A DNA stretch of 37,192 bases, from the NCBI GenBank assembly GCA_964493555.1, contig CAZBOQ010000199.1, forward strand, positions 1 to 37,192, in the 5' to 3' direction. A program made the position numbers and the translations under genes. Every line of letters starts with the position of its first letter. Positions within the stretch are counted from its first letter, which is position 1. The notes under the pieces were generated by a model that saw nothing but the letters and a program-made list of their open reading frames with translations, was not told where the DNA came from and did no database searches. This DNA is from an uncultured Gammaproteobacteria bacterium. GTDB taxonomy: Bacteria; Pseudomonadota; Gammaproteobacteria; JADZEE01. Below, piece after piece: positions 27,867 to 37,192 of the stretch.

Positions 27867-30016
27867 CAGAACGCGTACTTGGCCAAATGACGATCGCGGC
27901 GCGCCTGTAGCCAGGCGATCACGGTCTGACGGACGGTACCGATGAAACGATCCCACCGGTTTGGATTGTCAATCATCTCTGCTCGATAAAACGACGGACA
28001 CAGCACCGCTGCATGCGCGACCTCACCACATACTCCGCATCCAACACAGCTGCTAAGAATGTGTGCCACAGGGTCCGTTCGTAGCGGATCCGGGTTGTCT
28101 TTGATAGTCAGCGACGGACAACCAGACAATCGAATGCAGGAGTGATCTCCCGTGCAGGTGTCATCATCGATGCCGAAACGTTCACGCACGTGACGCTTAC
28201 CCATTTTCAACAGTTTGGTAATGCCGGGCTTGATGCGACGTTGACGATTCAGCTGGCACTCACCCTCAGCGACAATAACCTTAGGACCGGTGGTCTTCGT
28301 GGTCATTGCATCACGCAATGCTTTCAAAGACTGCGGGATATTGTAGGTACGGGTCTTACGCACCCATTTAACGCCTACACCTTTGACCACCTGCGTCAGC
28401 GGGATCTGGTATTGACGGTTTTCGCTGTTCGCGCGCGACGAGGGGATCCATTGTCCGCCGGTCGCCGCCGAGTAGCCGTTGTCTACCACCACGATTACCC
28501 CGTCGTGCTCATTTTCGACCGCGTTGCCGATACTGGTGGTCAACCCGTTGTGCCAGAATCCGCCGTCACCAATCATGCTGATTGCACGCCGCTCGTGGCG
28601 AATATTGAGCGCCGAGGAACTGGCCGGTCCCAACCCATAGCCCACGACGGTGTTGCCGAGATTGAAGGGCTCGGAACTCGAGAAAGTATGGCAACCAATA
28701 TCGGAGCTGACCTGCAAAGGCCCCATTTCCTTGCGCAACAACTTCATTGCGGTGAAAAACGGCCGTTCGGGACAGCCAGTACACAAGCCCGGTGGCCTTA
28801 TAGGGATGCTTTCCGACATTACCTCGATCGCTTTGTCGAGTTTCTTCTTTCCACGTTTCACTGGCACTGACTTTCCTTCCAGCGCTTTCGGCACCCATTT
28901 CCGTAAATATTTCTCAATACCCTCGCTCAGTACCGCACCGGTGTATTCACCGGCCATCGGCAGTACATCTTTGCCGGAGACGCGAGTCTGTACGTCGGCC
29001 TTACGCAATATGGAGTTGCCCGCCTGCTCGATATAGTCGGGCTGGCCCTCTTCGATGATCAAGATCGAGCGCTTACCCACGCAAAATTCGATGAACTGCT
29101 CATCGATCAGTGGATAGGTAACATTGAGCACGTAGATAGGAATTTCGCTATTGCCGAAAGTGTCCGCGCAGCCAAGGCGCTCCAAGGCACGCATGCTGTT
29201 GTTGTACAAGCCGCCCTGCACGACGATACCAACATCGTCCACGGTACCTTCAAAGAATTCGTTCAAACCCTGTTCTTTGATGTACTTCACCGCTGCCGGC
29301 CAGCGCTGTTCAATCTTTTCGCGCTCCTGGGCGTAAGTGAACGGCGGCAGAATTATCCGATCGGGGTGGCGCTGAGGATTGTCCAGCGCATCTTTGACCG
29401 TGAACTTCGGTCGTTGATTGTCCTTTGACATGAATTTGCCGTGTACATGACAGGCGCGGATCCTGAGTTCCATCATCACCGGAGAGTTGCTCGCCTCGGA
29501 AAGTTCAAAGCTCCTCTCGACCAAATCAACAATGGTTTCGAGATTAGGCCGCGGATCAACCAGCCAAATCTGTGACTTCATCGCGAACGCATGCGAACGT
29601 TCCTGCATGATGCTCGCACCCTCACCGTAGTCTTCGCCACAAATGATCAACGCACCACCAATGACGCCCGAGGAAGAAATATTTGACAAGGCGTCGGAGG
29701 CAACGTTGGTACCGACCGTCGACTTCCAAGTGACTGCGCCACGAAGTGGGTAATTGACGGAAGCAGCCAATGTCGCGGCAGCAGCAGCCTCACTGGCTGA
29801 CGATTGGAACTCAACGCCAAGATCCTTGAGAAAACCGCTAGCCTCAGTGAAAACGTCCAACAGATGGCTAATCGGTGCGCCCTGATAACCGCCGACATAA
29901 CCGACCCCGGACTGCAATAGCGCCTTGGTTACCGCCAGAATTCCTTCACCGTGGAACTCCTCGCCTTCTCCAAGGCGCAGCTTTTCAATCTCTTTGGCGA
30001 ATGAACGTTCTGCCAT
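27866..30016 (-). CDS. iorA: Indolepyruvate:ferredoxin oxidoreductase alpha-like subunit
   Basis: GYQGAP, CTGCPER, DIGC, TPP motif GDGG..DNG and C-terminal ferredoxin cysteines (CTGDHSC..CP, CVGCGVC). Confidence 0.9.
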   Translation of the reverse strand: MAERSFAKEIEKLRLGEGEEFHGEGILAVTKALLQSGVGYVGGYQGAPISHLLDVFTEASGFLKDLGVEFQSSASEAAAAATLAASVNYPLRGAVTWKSTVGTNVASDALSNISSSGVIGGALIICGEDYGEGASIMQERSHAFAMKSQIWLVDPRPNLETIVDLVERSFELSEASNSPVMMELRIRACHVHGKFMSKDNQRPKFTVKDALDNPQRHPDRIILPPFTYAQEREKIEQRWPAAVKYIKEQGLNEFFEGTVDDVGIVVQGGLYNNSMRALERLGCADTFGNSEIPIYVLNVTYPLIDEQFIEFCVGKRSILIIEEGQPDYIEQAGNSILRKADVQTRVSGKDVLPMAGEYTGAVLSEGIEKYLRKWVPKALEGKSVPVKRGKKKLDKAIEVMSESIPIRPPGLCTGCPERPFFTAMKLLRKEMGPLQVSSDIGCHTFSSSEPFNLGNTVVGYGLGPASSSALNIRHERRAISMIGDGGFWHNGLTTSIGNAVENEHDGVIVVVDNGYSAATGGQWIPSSRANSENRQYQIPLTQVVKGVGVKWVRKTRTYNIPQSLKALRDAMTTKTTGPKVIVAEGECQLNRQRRIKPGITKLLKMGKRHVRERFGIDDDTCTGDHSCIRLSGCPSLTIKDNPDPLRTDPVAHILSSCVGCGVCGEVAHAAVLCPSFYRAEMIDNPNRWDRFIGTVRQTVIAWLQARRDRHLAKYAF

Positions 30017-30143
30017 CTGCTCAATCCTCTATCTAGCGGTTCAGCCACACGCTCTTCTGTGGGGGCTGCGTAGTATATCCCTGTTACGCCCAGCGGAGGC
30101 GATCCTGCAGACCAACGATCTGTGGTGCAGAAAAAAGCGTGGC

Positions 30144-30161
30144 AGTTAAAATATTTTAACT
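30144..30161. promoter_or_regulatory. Perfect 18-bp palindrome, putative operator in the divergent iorA/OYE promoter region
   Basis: AGTTAAAATATTTTAACT, immediately followed by TATAAT at 30163-30168. Confidence 0.55.
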
Positions 30162-30200
30162 ATATAATATCTAACGTTAAACGTTTAGCCACTTTAAGCC

Positions 30201-31652
30201 ATGTGGAAACCACCCGAACGCATAAAGCACAAGCCGGAGCCCGGTAACTGGCCAACCGCTGACGAGGCAGCAACGTCACTTTGGTACTCCCCACTCAGTT
30301 TGGGCAGTACCACCTTGGAGCAACGCACTTGGGTACCAGCGATGGTGCCCTGGCGTGCCAGCGAAGACGGCTCCGTAACCGAGCAAGTATTGGCCTGGTA
30401 TGAGCGCTTCGCGCGAGGCCGGCCTGGTGGAATCGTCGTCGAGGCGACTGGGATCCGCGACATCCCAAGTGGTCCGTTGCTCCGCATAAGTGACGACCGT
30501 TTTATTCCCGGGTTGCGAGAACTGGTCCAGACTGTTCAAAACGCTAGCGACGGACACACACGTTTGTTCATCCAGACGATCGACTTTCTCTCGATCAGGC
30601 GACGTCCCGAACCGGAGAAATACTTCCGGCGCTTCCTGAACATCACCGACGCACACCGCGAGACTCTCAACGCTCCCGATTGGCCGGAGAAGCGCGTGCG
30701 TGAACACCTGATGGCCTTGACCGACGACGACCTCGACAAGACACTGAACGAGCGGGAATTAGAAGCGCTGCGCATGGGGTATCGCGAACGCGTGACCGAT
30801 ATGGAACTCGAACACATACGGGAATTGCCAAAGGTGTTACCGGACCTGTTCGCGCAGGCAACACGCCGAGCACAGGAGGCCGGCTTCGACGGTGTCGAAC
30901 TCCATTATGCCCACGCCTACACCATGGCATCGTTCCTTTCGGCAAGGAACACGCGCACCGATGGCTACGGCGGGTCACGGGAGGACCGAGCACGTCTGCC
31001 TCTGGAAGTATTTACCCGAGTTCGGGAAATGGTTGGCACCGACTATACGGTTGGATGCCGTCTTTTGAGTGATGACTGTATCGACGGCGGTAGCACTATC
31101 GAGGACGCCGGATATTTCGCGGTTGAATTTGCCCGCGCCGGCATGAATTTCCTGTCGCTGTCGCGCGGCGGTAAATTCGAAGACGCGAAGCAACCCCAAG
31201 TCGGCTGGTCGGTCTACCCCTATACCGGTCCTAGTGGTTACGAGTGCATGCCGGTTGTAATATCCGACGCATCCGGTCCGTTCGGTCGCAATGTAGAGCC
31301 CGGCCGAGCAATACGTGCGGCCGTACGCGCCGCCGGCTTCGAAACGCCAATAGTGGTCGTCGGCGGGATCTGCGGGTTTGAGCAAGCCGAATCGATTTTG
31401 CAAAGCGGCGGCGCTGATATTGTCGGCTCTGCGCGCCAAAGCATTGCCGATCCCGACTGGTTTCGAAAGACGCTGCTGGGCCGCGGTTCGGAAGTACGTA
31501 CTTGTAAATTCACAAATTATTGCGAAGGACTGGATCAGAAACACAAGCAGGTCTCCTGCCAACTATGGGACCGCGAGGATCGTGACGAGCCAGGCGTGCA
31601 GCTCAGCATTGACGGCAGACGGCGTCTGACGGCACCTACATGGAACCCGTAG
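30201..31652 (+). CDS. NADH:flavin oxidoreductase, Old Yellow Enzyme family
   Basis: RFARG-PG-IVVEAT, AGFDGVELHYAHAY--ASFLS, RTDGYGGS-E-RAR and ARQSIADPD motifs, with a cysteine cluster at the C-terminus. Confidence 0.88.
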   Translation: MWKPPERIKHKPEPGNWPTADEAATSLWYSPLSLGSTTLEQRTWVPAMVPWRASEDGSVTEQVLAWYERFARGRPGGIVVEATGIRDIPSGPLLRISDDRFIPGLRELVQTVQNASDGHTRLFIQTIDFLSIRRRPEPEKYFRRFLNITDAHRETLNAPDWPEKRVREHLMALTDDDLDKTLNERELEALRMGYRERVTDMELEHIRELPKVLPDLFAQATRRAQEAGFDGVELHYAHAYTMASFLSARNTRTDGYGGSREDRARLPLEVFTRVREMVGTDYTVGCRLLSDDCIDGGSTIEDAGYFAVEFARAGMNFLSLSRGGKFEDAKQPQVGWSVYPYTGPSGYECMPVVISDASGPFGRNVEPGRAIRAAVRAAGFETPIVVVGGICGFEQAESILQSGGADIVGSARQSIADPDWFRKTLLGRGSEVRTCKFTNYCEGLDQKHKQVSCQLWDREDRDEPGVQLSIDGRRRLTAPTWNP

Positions 31653-31889
31653 CCGTTTCCTGCTGGGTCTGCTGGTTTCGATACTGCGGACACTGTAGCC
31701 TAAATACAACATTTCGCGACTCCCGGAGTAGCGACTTAAAGTCACCGTGAAAGCAGCCGAAGACATCCCGCTAAGTGCGAATAAATATAGGAAAAATACC
31801 CTGTTGAACTTCGAGTCACGAAACCTGAGAATAGCCGTATTAATAACAAGGAAAACAACACTTAGTCCAGTATCGAAAAGGACTGTTCT

Positions 31890-33773
31890 ATGGACGACAC
31901 TGTTTCATCCGGCGCTTCTAACATCCCAATAGCGGATATCGAAAACGTAATTATCCGGTTCGCTGGCGACTCCGGAGACGGCATCCAGGTCACGGGCGCG
32001 ATGTTCACCCACGACGCGGCAATACTAGGCAACGATATTTCTACCCAACCGGATTTTCCCGCGGAAATACGGGCGCCCGCCGGTACACTTGCAGGAGTCA
32101 GTAACTTCCAACTTAATTTCAGCGCCTACGACATTCATACGCCCGGTGATCGACCACAAGTATTGGTCGCGATGAATCCCGCTGCGTTAAAAGCCAACAT
32201 CGGCGACGTTGAACCCGGTGGAACAATCATTCTGAATTCCGATGCTTTCGTTGCAAAGAATTTCAAGACAGCAAACTTAAGCGATGATCCACGAACCGAC
32301 GGCACCTTGGAAGGTTTTTCTGTACATGAGGTTCCGGTCACTAGCCTCACTGTAAAAGCGGTCGAATCAACTGGCCTCACAAATCGTCAAGCAACACTTT
32401 GCAAGAACATGTTTACGCTGGGCGTCACGTGTTGGCTATATGATCGATCTTTAACGACGGTGCTTGAACGCATCGATGCAAAATTCAGCGTGAAGAATCC
32501 GGAAATTGCAGTGGCGAACAAACTCGCACTTCAGGCCGGCTATCATTTCGGTGAAACTGCTGAGTTCTTTTCAAGTCGATATCGAGTAAGCAAGGCCCCA
32601 CTACCCGCCGGACGTTACCGTCGCATCAGTGGCAACCAGGCAGCAGCACTGGGCTTCGTCGCGGCATCCCAACTGAGTGACAGACCCTTATTTTACGGCT
32701 CCTATCCAATCACCCCCGCGAGCGATATCCTTCACGAGCTCGCCCGCTTGCGCCATTACGGGGTGAGAACCTTTCAAGCTGAAGATGAGATAGCGGCCAT
32801 CGGTGCGGCTATCGGTGCAGCGTTTGGTGGTGCATTGGGACTGACCGGTACCAGCGGGCCCGGTGTTGCACTTAAGTCGGAATCGATTGGTCTGGCGGTC
32901 ATGACGGAGTTGCCGGTGGTGATTGCTAATATTCAACGTGGCGGCCCGTCGACCGGCCTACCGACCAAAACTGAGCAAGCCGATCTACTCCAAGCGATGT
33001 ATGGCCGTAACGGCGAATGTCCCGTTGCGATCGTCGCCCCGTCTACCCCCAGCGATTGCTTTGCAATGGCAATTGAAGCTGTTCGTATCGCCTTCAAGTA
33101 CATGACGCCGGTTTTTTTCCTCTCCGATGGCTACCTCGCAAACGGCTCTGAGCCATGGCTCGTGCCAAATCTCGACGAACTGGATCGCATAGACGTGAGC
33201 TTCGCTGACGACGCAAGCGACTATCAGCCGTATCGCCGCGATCCCGAAACGCTCGCGCGTGAGTGGGCGATTCCGGGGACGCCGGGCCTTGAGCATCGGA
33301 TCGGTGGTATTGAAAAAGAGGATATCACCGGCAATGTCAATTACGAGCCGGAGAATCATGAGCGCATGGTGAATCTACGTGCCGGAAAAATAGCCGGCAT
33401 TGCCAAAGATATTCCTGAGCTCGAAGTCTTCGGCCCTGAGGAGGGTGAATTGCTGGTGATCGGTTGGGGCGGTACGGCCGGAGCGATCCACACTGCCGTC
33501 GAACGCGCTCAACGTCGCGGCGTTTCCGTGGCACGCGCCCACCTTCGTTATCTCAATCCCTTTCCGCGCAATATCGAAAAGGTCCTGCGCAGCTATAAAC
33601 AAGTGCTGGTGCCAGAATTGAACCTCGGGCAACTACTAATGTTGTTGAGATCTCAATTTCTGGTCGATGCAATTGGTTTGAACAAGGTGCAGGCGCAACC
33701 TTTCCGTACTAGCGAGATCGAAGAGAAGATCGACGAGCTGGTGGGCAACAACGTGCATCAATTAAGCGCTTAA
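31890..33773 (+). CDS. korA: 2-oxoacid:ferredoxin oxidoreductase alpha subunit (fused gamma-alpha, KorA-like)
   Basis: FAGDSGDG, AEIRAPAGT, YPITPASD, QAEDEIAA, TSGPG and QRGGPSTGLPTK motifs. Confidence 0.92.
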   Translation: MDDTVSSGASNIPIADIENVIIRFAGDSGDGIQVTGAMFTHDAAILGNDISTQPDFPAEIRAPAGTLAGVSNFQLNFSAYDIHTPGDRPQVLVAMNPAALKANIGDVEPGGTIILNSDAFVAKNFKTANLSDDPRTDGTLEGFSVHEVPVTSLTVKAVESTGLTNRQATLCKNMFTLGVTCWLYDRSLTTVLERIDAKFSVKNPEIAVANKLALQAGYHFGETAEFFSSRYRVSKAPLPAGRYRRISGNQAAALGFVAASQLSDRPLFYGSYPITPASDILHELARLRHYGVRTFQAEDEIAAIGAAIGAAFGGALGLTGTSGPGVALKSESIGLAVMTELPVVIANIQRGGPSTGLPTKTEQADLLQAMYGRNGECPVAIVAPSTPSDCFAMAIEAVRIAFKYMTPVFFLSDGYLANGSEPWLVPNLDELDRIDVSFADDASDYQPYRRDPETLAREWAIPGTPGLEHRIGGIEKEDITGNVNYEPENHERMVNLRAGKIAGIAKDIPELEVFGPEEGELLVIGWGGTAGAIHTAVERAQRRGVSVARAHLRYLNPFPRNIEKVLRSYKQVLVPELNLGQLLMLLRSQFLVDAIGLNKVQAQPFRTSEIEEKIDELVGNNVHQLSA

Positions 33774-33825
33774 CCGCGCAATTCCCTTCAATCGGGCCAA
33801 TGGCCACAACTGAGTAAGGAAAACG

Positions 33826-34878
33826 ATGAGCCAGGTGCAAACAGTAGCAATCCCGAAATACAGCCGTAAAGACTTCACTTCGGATCAAACAGTGCGTTGG
33901 TGTCCCGGCTGCGCGGATTACTCCATCCTCGCGCAGGTACAGCGCGTCATGCCGTCAATTTGCGAAGAGGTGAGTGTACTGCGGGAGAACATTGTTTTCA
34001 TCTCCGGGATCGGATGTGCAGCGCGATTTCCGTACTATATGGACACCTATGGTTTCCATACAATTCATGGGCGCGCACCGACTTTCGCATCGGGACTGCG
34101 AGCGGTACGCGATGATTTGATGGTATGGGTGGTAACTGGTGACGGCGACGCGCTCAGCATCGGTGGCAACCATTTTATCCACTGCCTGCGACGCAATATC
34201 AATCTAAAAATTCTGTTATTCAACAATCAGATTTACGGCCTGACCAAAGGACAGTATTCGCCGACTTCCGAACTTGGCAAGCTAACCAAATCAAGCCCCA
34301 TGGGATCGATTGAACAACCCATCAATCCACTGGTAACCGCATTGGCGGCAGAAGCCACCTTTGTGGCCCGATCCATTGCCACCGACTCGGTACATATGCA
34401 AGAAACACTGCTCCGCGCGGCGCAACACAAAGGCTCAGCGATAGTCGAGATCCTACAGAACTGCCCGGTATTCAACGACGGCTGCTTTGATTCGTTCTCG
34501 GAACGCAAGGTACGCAACGAAAAAATGTTGGAGCTCAAACACGGTGAACAGATGGCCTTTGGCGCCGACGACGAATACGGATTGACGGTATCTACTGAAG
34601 GCGGCGGTTTAAATATCCGCACGGTTAAGCGCGATCAGGTTGACAAAGCCGCGTTGCTCGTCCACGACGAACATTCCGATTCCGGCGCTCTGCCCTCGAT
34701 GCTAGCCCGCCTAGAGACACCTGACTATCCGGTTCCTATAGGTGTTTTCCGGAGCGTCTCCCAACCCACCTATGAGGAAATGCTGAACGCACAGATCGTC
34801 GAGGCCAAGGGCAAGCACGGCAAAGCCGATCTACAGAAACTACTAAGCAGCGGCGGTGAAACCTGGGTAGTTCAATAG
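33826..34878 (+). CDS. korB: 2-oxoacid:ferredoxin oxidoreductase beta subunit
   Basis: WCPGC, SGIGC, HGR, GDGD..NNQIYGLTKGQYSPT and QNCPVFN motifs, with an AAGGA RBS. Confidence 0.92.
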   Translation: MSQVQTVAIPKYSRKDFTSDQTVRWCPGCADYSILAQVQRVMPSICEEVSVLRENIVFISGIGCAARFPYYMDTYGFHTIHGRAPTFASGLRAVRDDLMVWVVTGDGDALSIGGNHFIHCLRRNINLKILLFNNQIYGLTKGQYSPTSELGKLTKSSPMGSIEQPINPLVTALAAEATFVARSIATDSVHMQETLLRAAQHKGSAIVEILQNCPVFNDGCFDSFSERKVRNEKMLELKHGEQMAFGADDEYGLTVSTEGGGLNIRTVKRDQVDKAALLVHDEHSDSGALPSMLARLETPDYPVPIGVFRSVSQPTYEEMLNAQIVEAKGKHGKADLQKLLSSGGETWVVQ

Positions 34879-34887
34879 GGACACTGC

Positions 34888-35100
34888 CTAGTCGATATAC
34901 TTATCTCGTTCCATCTGCTGATCTTCTATGTATTCTTTCCGAATCAGCGCAACACCTACGGCGACGCCACCGATGATTAGAAACGTAATACTCACTTTAA
35001 GGAACAGCCCGCCGGACAGAAAGTCGAACCACAATTGAAACAGTGCCAGCACTCCCCACACGCTGAGCAGTACACTCGAGATCGTCCCAGCGGTTTTCAT
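34888..35100 (-). CDS. Small two-helix membrane protein
   Basis: Two hydrophobic segments and an ATGA overlap with the upstream ORF. Confidence 0.7.
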   Translation of the reverse strand: MKTAGTISSVLLSVWGVLALFQLWFDFLSGGLFLKVSITFLIIGGVAVGVALIRKEYIEDQQMERDKYID

Positions 35101-35312
35101 GGGCGCTGCCGCCGCATAATCACGACATAAGCTTCACGCTTCCAAAACAGTAGCATGCGCCGCTGATCCTTTTCCATAGTCACCACATCCCAACCCTCCG
35201 CCGCATTCGCATTCAGGAATTCGGTAAACCGTAAGGGGTTTATTTTCGACTGGCCGAGTATCAAGGAGCCCAGCATCCCTTCCTGATACACGACTGCTTT
35301 ATATTCCTGCAT
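35097..35312 (-). CDS. DUF4177-like small protein
   Basis: EYKAV..FLNANAAEGWDVV..MRR pattern, with a GAGG RBS. Confidence 0.75.
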   Translation of the reverse strand: MQEYKAVVYQEGMLGSLILGQSKINPLRFTEFLNANAAEGWDVVTMEKDQRRMLLFWKREAYVVIMRRQRP

Positions 35313-35345
35313 CTGGCCTCACTTGGACAGCTATCATACTTTCCT

Positions 35346-37192
35346 TCAATTCACGCGTGCATATTTCCTTGCCGGCGATTGCACTAGCGGTGCGAGCTCC
35401 GGGGCGGCAAACGACCGCGCACGACGCTCAGCCGGTACCGGCTGATACAGTGTAGTGCGTTGCAGCGGCGTCCGTCCGATCTCCAGAATCAGCGCCTCTA
35501 TTGCTTCTGGTGAAAGCTCCTGACCGTGTTCACTACCGGCGGCCCGTGATATCGACTCGTTCATCTTCGTTCCGCCCAGATCGTTCGCCCCCGCATTCAA
35601 ACACTGGCTCGCGCCTGCCAAGCCAAGCTTGGTCCAGGAAACCTGGATCCGCTTGATATGTGGATGCAGCGCTAGGCGTGCTACTGCATGCATCAATACA
35701 ACCTCGCGAAACGTGGGGCCGCGCCGCGCTTTCCCTTTCAAATAGATCGGCGCCTCCATGTGCACGAACGGCAACGGTACAAGCTCGGTAAATCCGCCAG
35801 TACGTACTTGTAGGTCGCGTAAACGCAGCAGATGTCTGGCCCACGCTGTGTAGTCGTCAATATGACCGAACATTATAGTCGAGGTCGTTCTTAGCCCCAA
35901 CGCGTGAGCATTTTCCATGACCTCCAACCATTGCTCGGAAGAGAGTTTATCGGGACATAGCTCGGCGCGTACTTCGTCGTCGAGGATCTCCGCCGCCGTC
36001 CCAGGTAACGTGCCGAGCCAGACATCGCGTAACTCCGTAAGGTAGTCGTTAAGCGACATCTCCAAGGTCGCCGCTCCTTGCCAAATCTCCAGTGGAGAGA
36101 AAGCATGCACATGCATATCCGGCAACGCTTGTTTGATTGCGCGCACGATGCTGAGATAAGTGTTACCGGTGTAATCCGGATGGATCCCACCCTGCAGACA
36201 CACCTCGGTAGCACCTCGTTGCCAAGCCTCCTCAGCGCGACGGGTGATCTCCGCTAGCTCCAGATCATAGGGCTGTCCGCGGAGACTTTCGCTGTGCTTT
36301 CCCTTGGAGAAAGCGCAAAACTGGCAGCGGTACGAGCAAACGTTGGTGTAGTTGATATTCCGGTTAACCACGTAGCTGACTAGATCGCCGTTAGACTCCC
36401 TGCGCAGAGCGTCAGCCGCTTTGCACACCGCATCGAAATCGGGTCCGTGCGCGGCGAACAACCGCACCAACATTTGCTCGTCCGGTGCCCAGCCATCAAG
36501 TAGCCCGGTAAGCAAGCCCTCAATTTCGGGTCCGACGCGCACCGGCACACGGCCAACACCCACCATTTGCGGCACAGCACTTGGAGAACCCGATACCCAC
36601 TCATCCGCGCGAGCATACCCCATCGTATCGATCGACCGGTTTACTACTGTCGCCAAACCCGGATCTAGCCAATGTCCTAGCTCCGCAACATAATCCGGAT
36701 AAACAGCCAATCGAGGCACCAAGACTTTACCAGCGGCACGAGTACCGTTCTGCAACTGGATGAACGCCGGCCACGGCGCCTCGGGATTGACATGGTCGAG
36801 CGTCACGGGCGAGATGCCACCCCAATCATTGATTCCCGCGTTCAGGAGCAATGGATACTTATCAGGTGTCAAATTGGGCGGTGCCTGGATGTTCATACGC
36901 GCACCGAAAATCAAACGCGCTACCGTAATCGTCCATTGGAGATCGGCTAAACCAGGTTCATCAGCATTAACCATCTTGGTGCGCGGCTTAGCGCGGAAGT
37001 TTTGGATTATGATTTCCTGTAGGTGCCCGTGTTCACGATGCAACTCGCGCAAAGCCAGCAATGCATCGATCCGCTCGCGACGCGTTTCGCCTATACCGAT
37101 CAAAATGCCGCTAGTGAACGGCACCTGTGCCTCCCCTGCAAGCCGGATGGTTTCCAAACGAACCCTGGGATGTTTATCAGGAGAACCAAAAT
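35346..37192 (-). CDS. fbiC: FO synthase (CofG-CofH fusion), 5'-truncated by the window edge
   Basis: The frame is open to the edge (GSPDKHPGVRLETIR). CofG part: PFTSGILIGIGET, QNFRAKP, GINDWGGISPVT-DHVNPE. CofH part: NRNINYTN-CSYRCQFC (radical SAM), LPGTAAEIL, NESISRAAG. Confidence 0.95.
   Translation of the reverse strand, partial: FGSPDKHPRVRLETIRLAGEAQVPFTSGILIGIGETRRERIDALLALRELHREHGHLQEIIIQNFRAKPRTKMVNADEPGLADLQWTITVARLIFGARMNIQAPPNLTPDKYPLLLNAGINDWGGISPVTLDHVNPEAPWPAFIQLQNGTRAAGKVLVPRLAVYPDYVAELGHWLDPGLATVVNRSIDTMGYARADEWVSGSPSAVPQMVGVGRVPVRVGPEIEGLLTGLLDGWAPDEQMLVRLFAAHGPDFDAVCKAADALRRESNGDLVSYVVNRNINYTNVCSYRCQFCAFSKGKHSESLRGQPYDLELAEITRRAEEAWQRGATEVCLQGGIHPDYTGNTYLSIVRAIKQALPDMHVHAFSPLEIWQGAATLEMSLNDYLTELRDVWLGTLPGTAAEILDDEVRAELCPDKLSSEQWLEVMENAHALGLRTTSTIMFGHIDDYTAWARHLLRLRDLQVRTGGFTELVPLPFVHMEAPIYLKGKARRGPTFREVVLMHAVARLALHPHIKRIQVSWTKLGLAGASQCLNAGANDLGGTKMNESISRAAGSEHGQELSPEAIEALILEIGRTPLQRTTLYQPVPAERRARSFAAPELAPLVQSPARKYARVN

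Noticed and set aside
28142-28870. 242-aa plus-strand ORF and many similar antisense ORFs
   Set aside because: They are shadow ORFs opposite well-supported genes.
1-37192. CRISPR arrays, tRNA/rRNA, IS elements, integrases, phage or defence systems, reverse transcriptases
   Set aside because: No regularly spaced repeats, cloverleaf motifs or matching protein motifs were seen on either strand.

Overview
A 37 kb chromosomal segment of moderate GC, probably from a gammaproteobacterium. That assignment is inferred from avtA, pitrilysin and an E. coli-type LexA with CTGT-N8-ACAG-like boxes. Left half (1-18.5 kb): housekeeping and DNA-damage genes, namely partial avtA, dinB, a pitrilysin/M16 peptidase split by a one-base frameshift in a T run, class I DAHP synthase, IalB-like, DUF192 and RRM proteins, an alphaproteobacterial/Methanosarcina-type serC-serA pair, and a lexA-imuA-imuB-dnaE2 mutagenesis cassette. 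The lexA promoter is covered by a perfect 38-bp palindrome made of two SOS-like boxes. Right half (18.8-37.2 kb): a redox/catabolic region with a VOC dioxygenase, Mer-like LLM and PPOX-class (likely F420-using) oxidoreductases, GFA, flavodoxin-fold and cupin proteins, and two decayed gene remnants. It also holds an iorA-iorB-like / phytoene-desaturase-like / ABM gene run transcribed divergently from an Old-Yellow-Enzyme-type flavoprotein and korAB, and ends in a 5'-truncated FO synthase fbiC. I saw no rRNA, tRNA, CRISPR array, transposase or integrase. The best candidate for an uncharacterised system is the ferredoxin/flavin/F420 redox module at about 18.8-37 kb, but its substrate cannot be read from the sequence. 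Family assignments come from motif recognition, not database searches.
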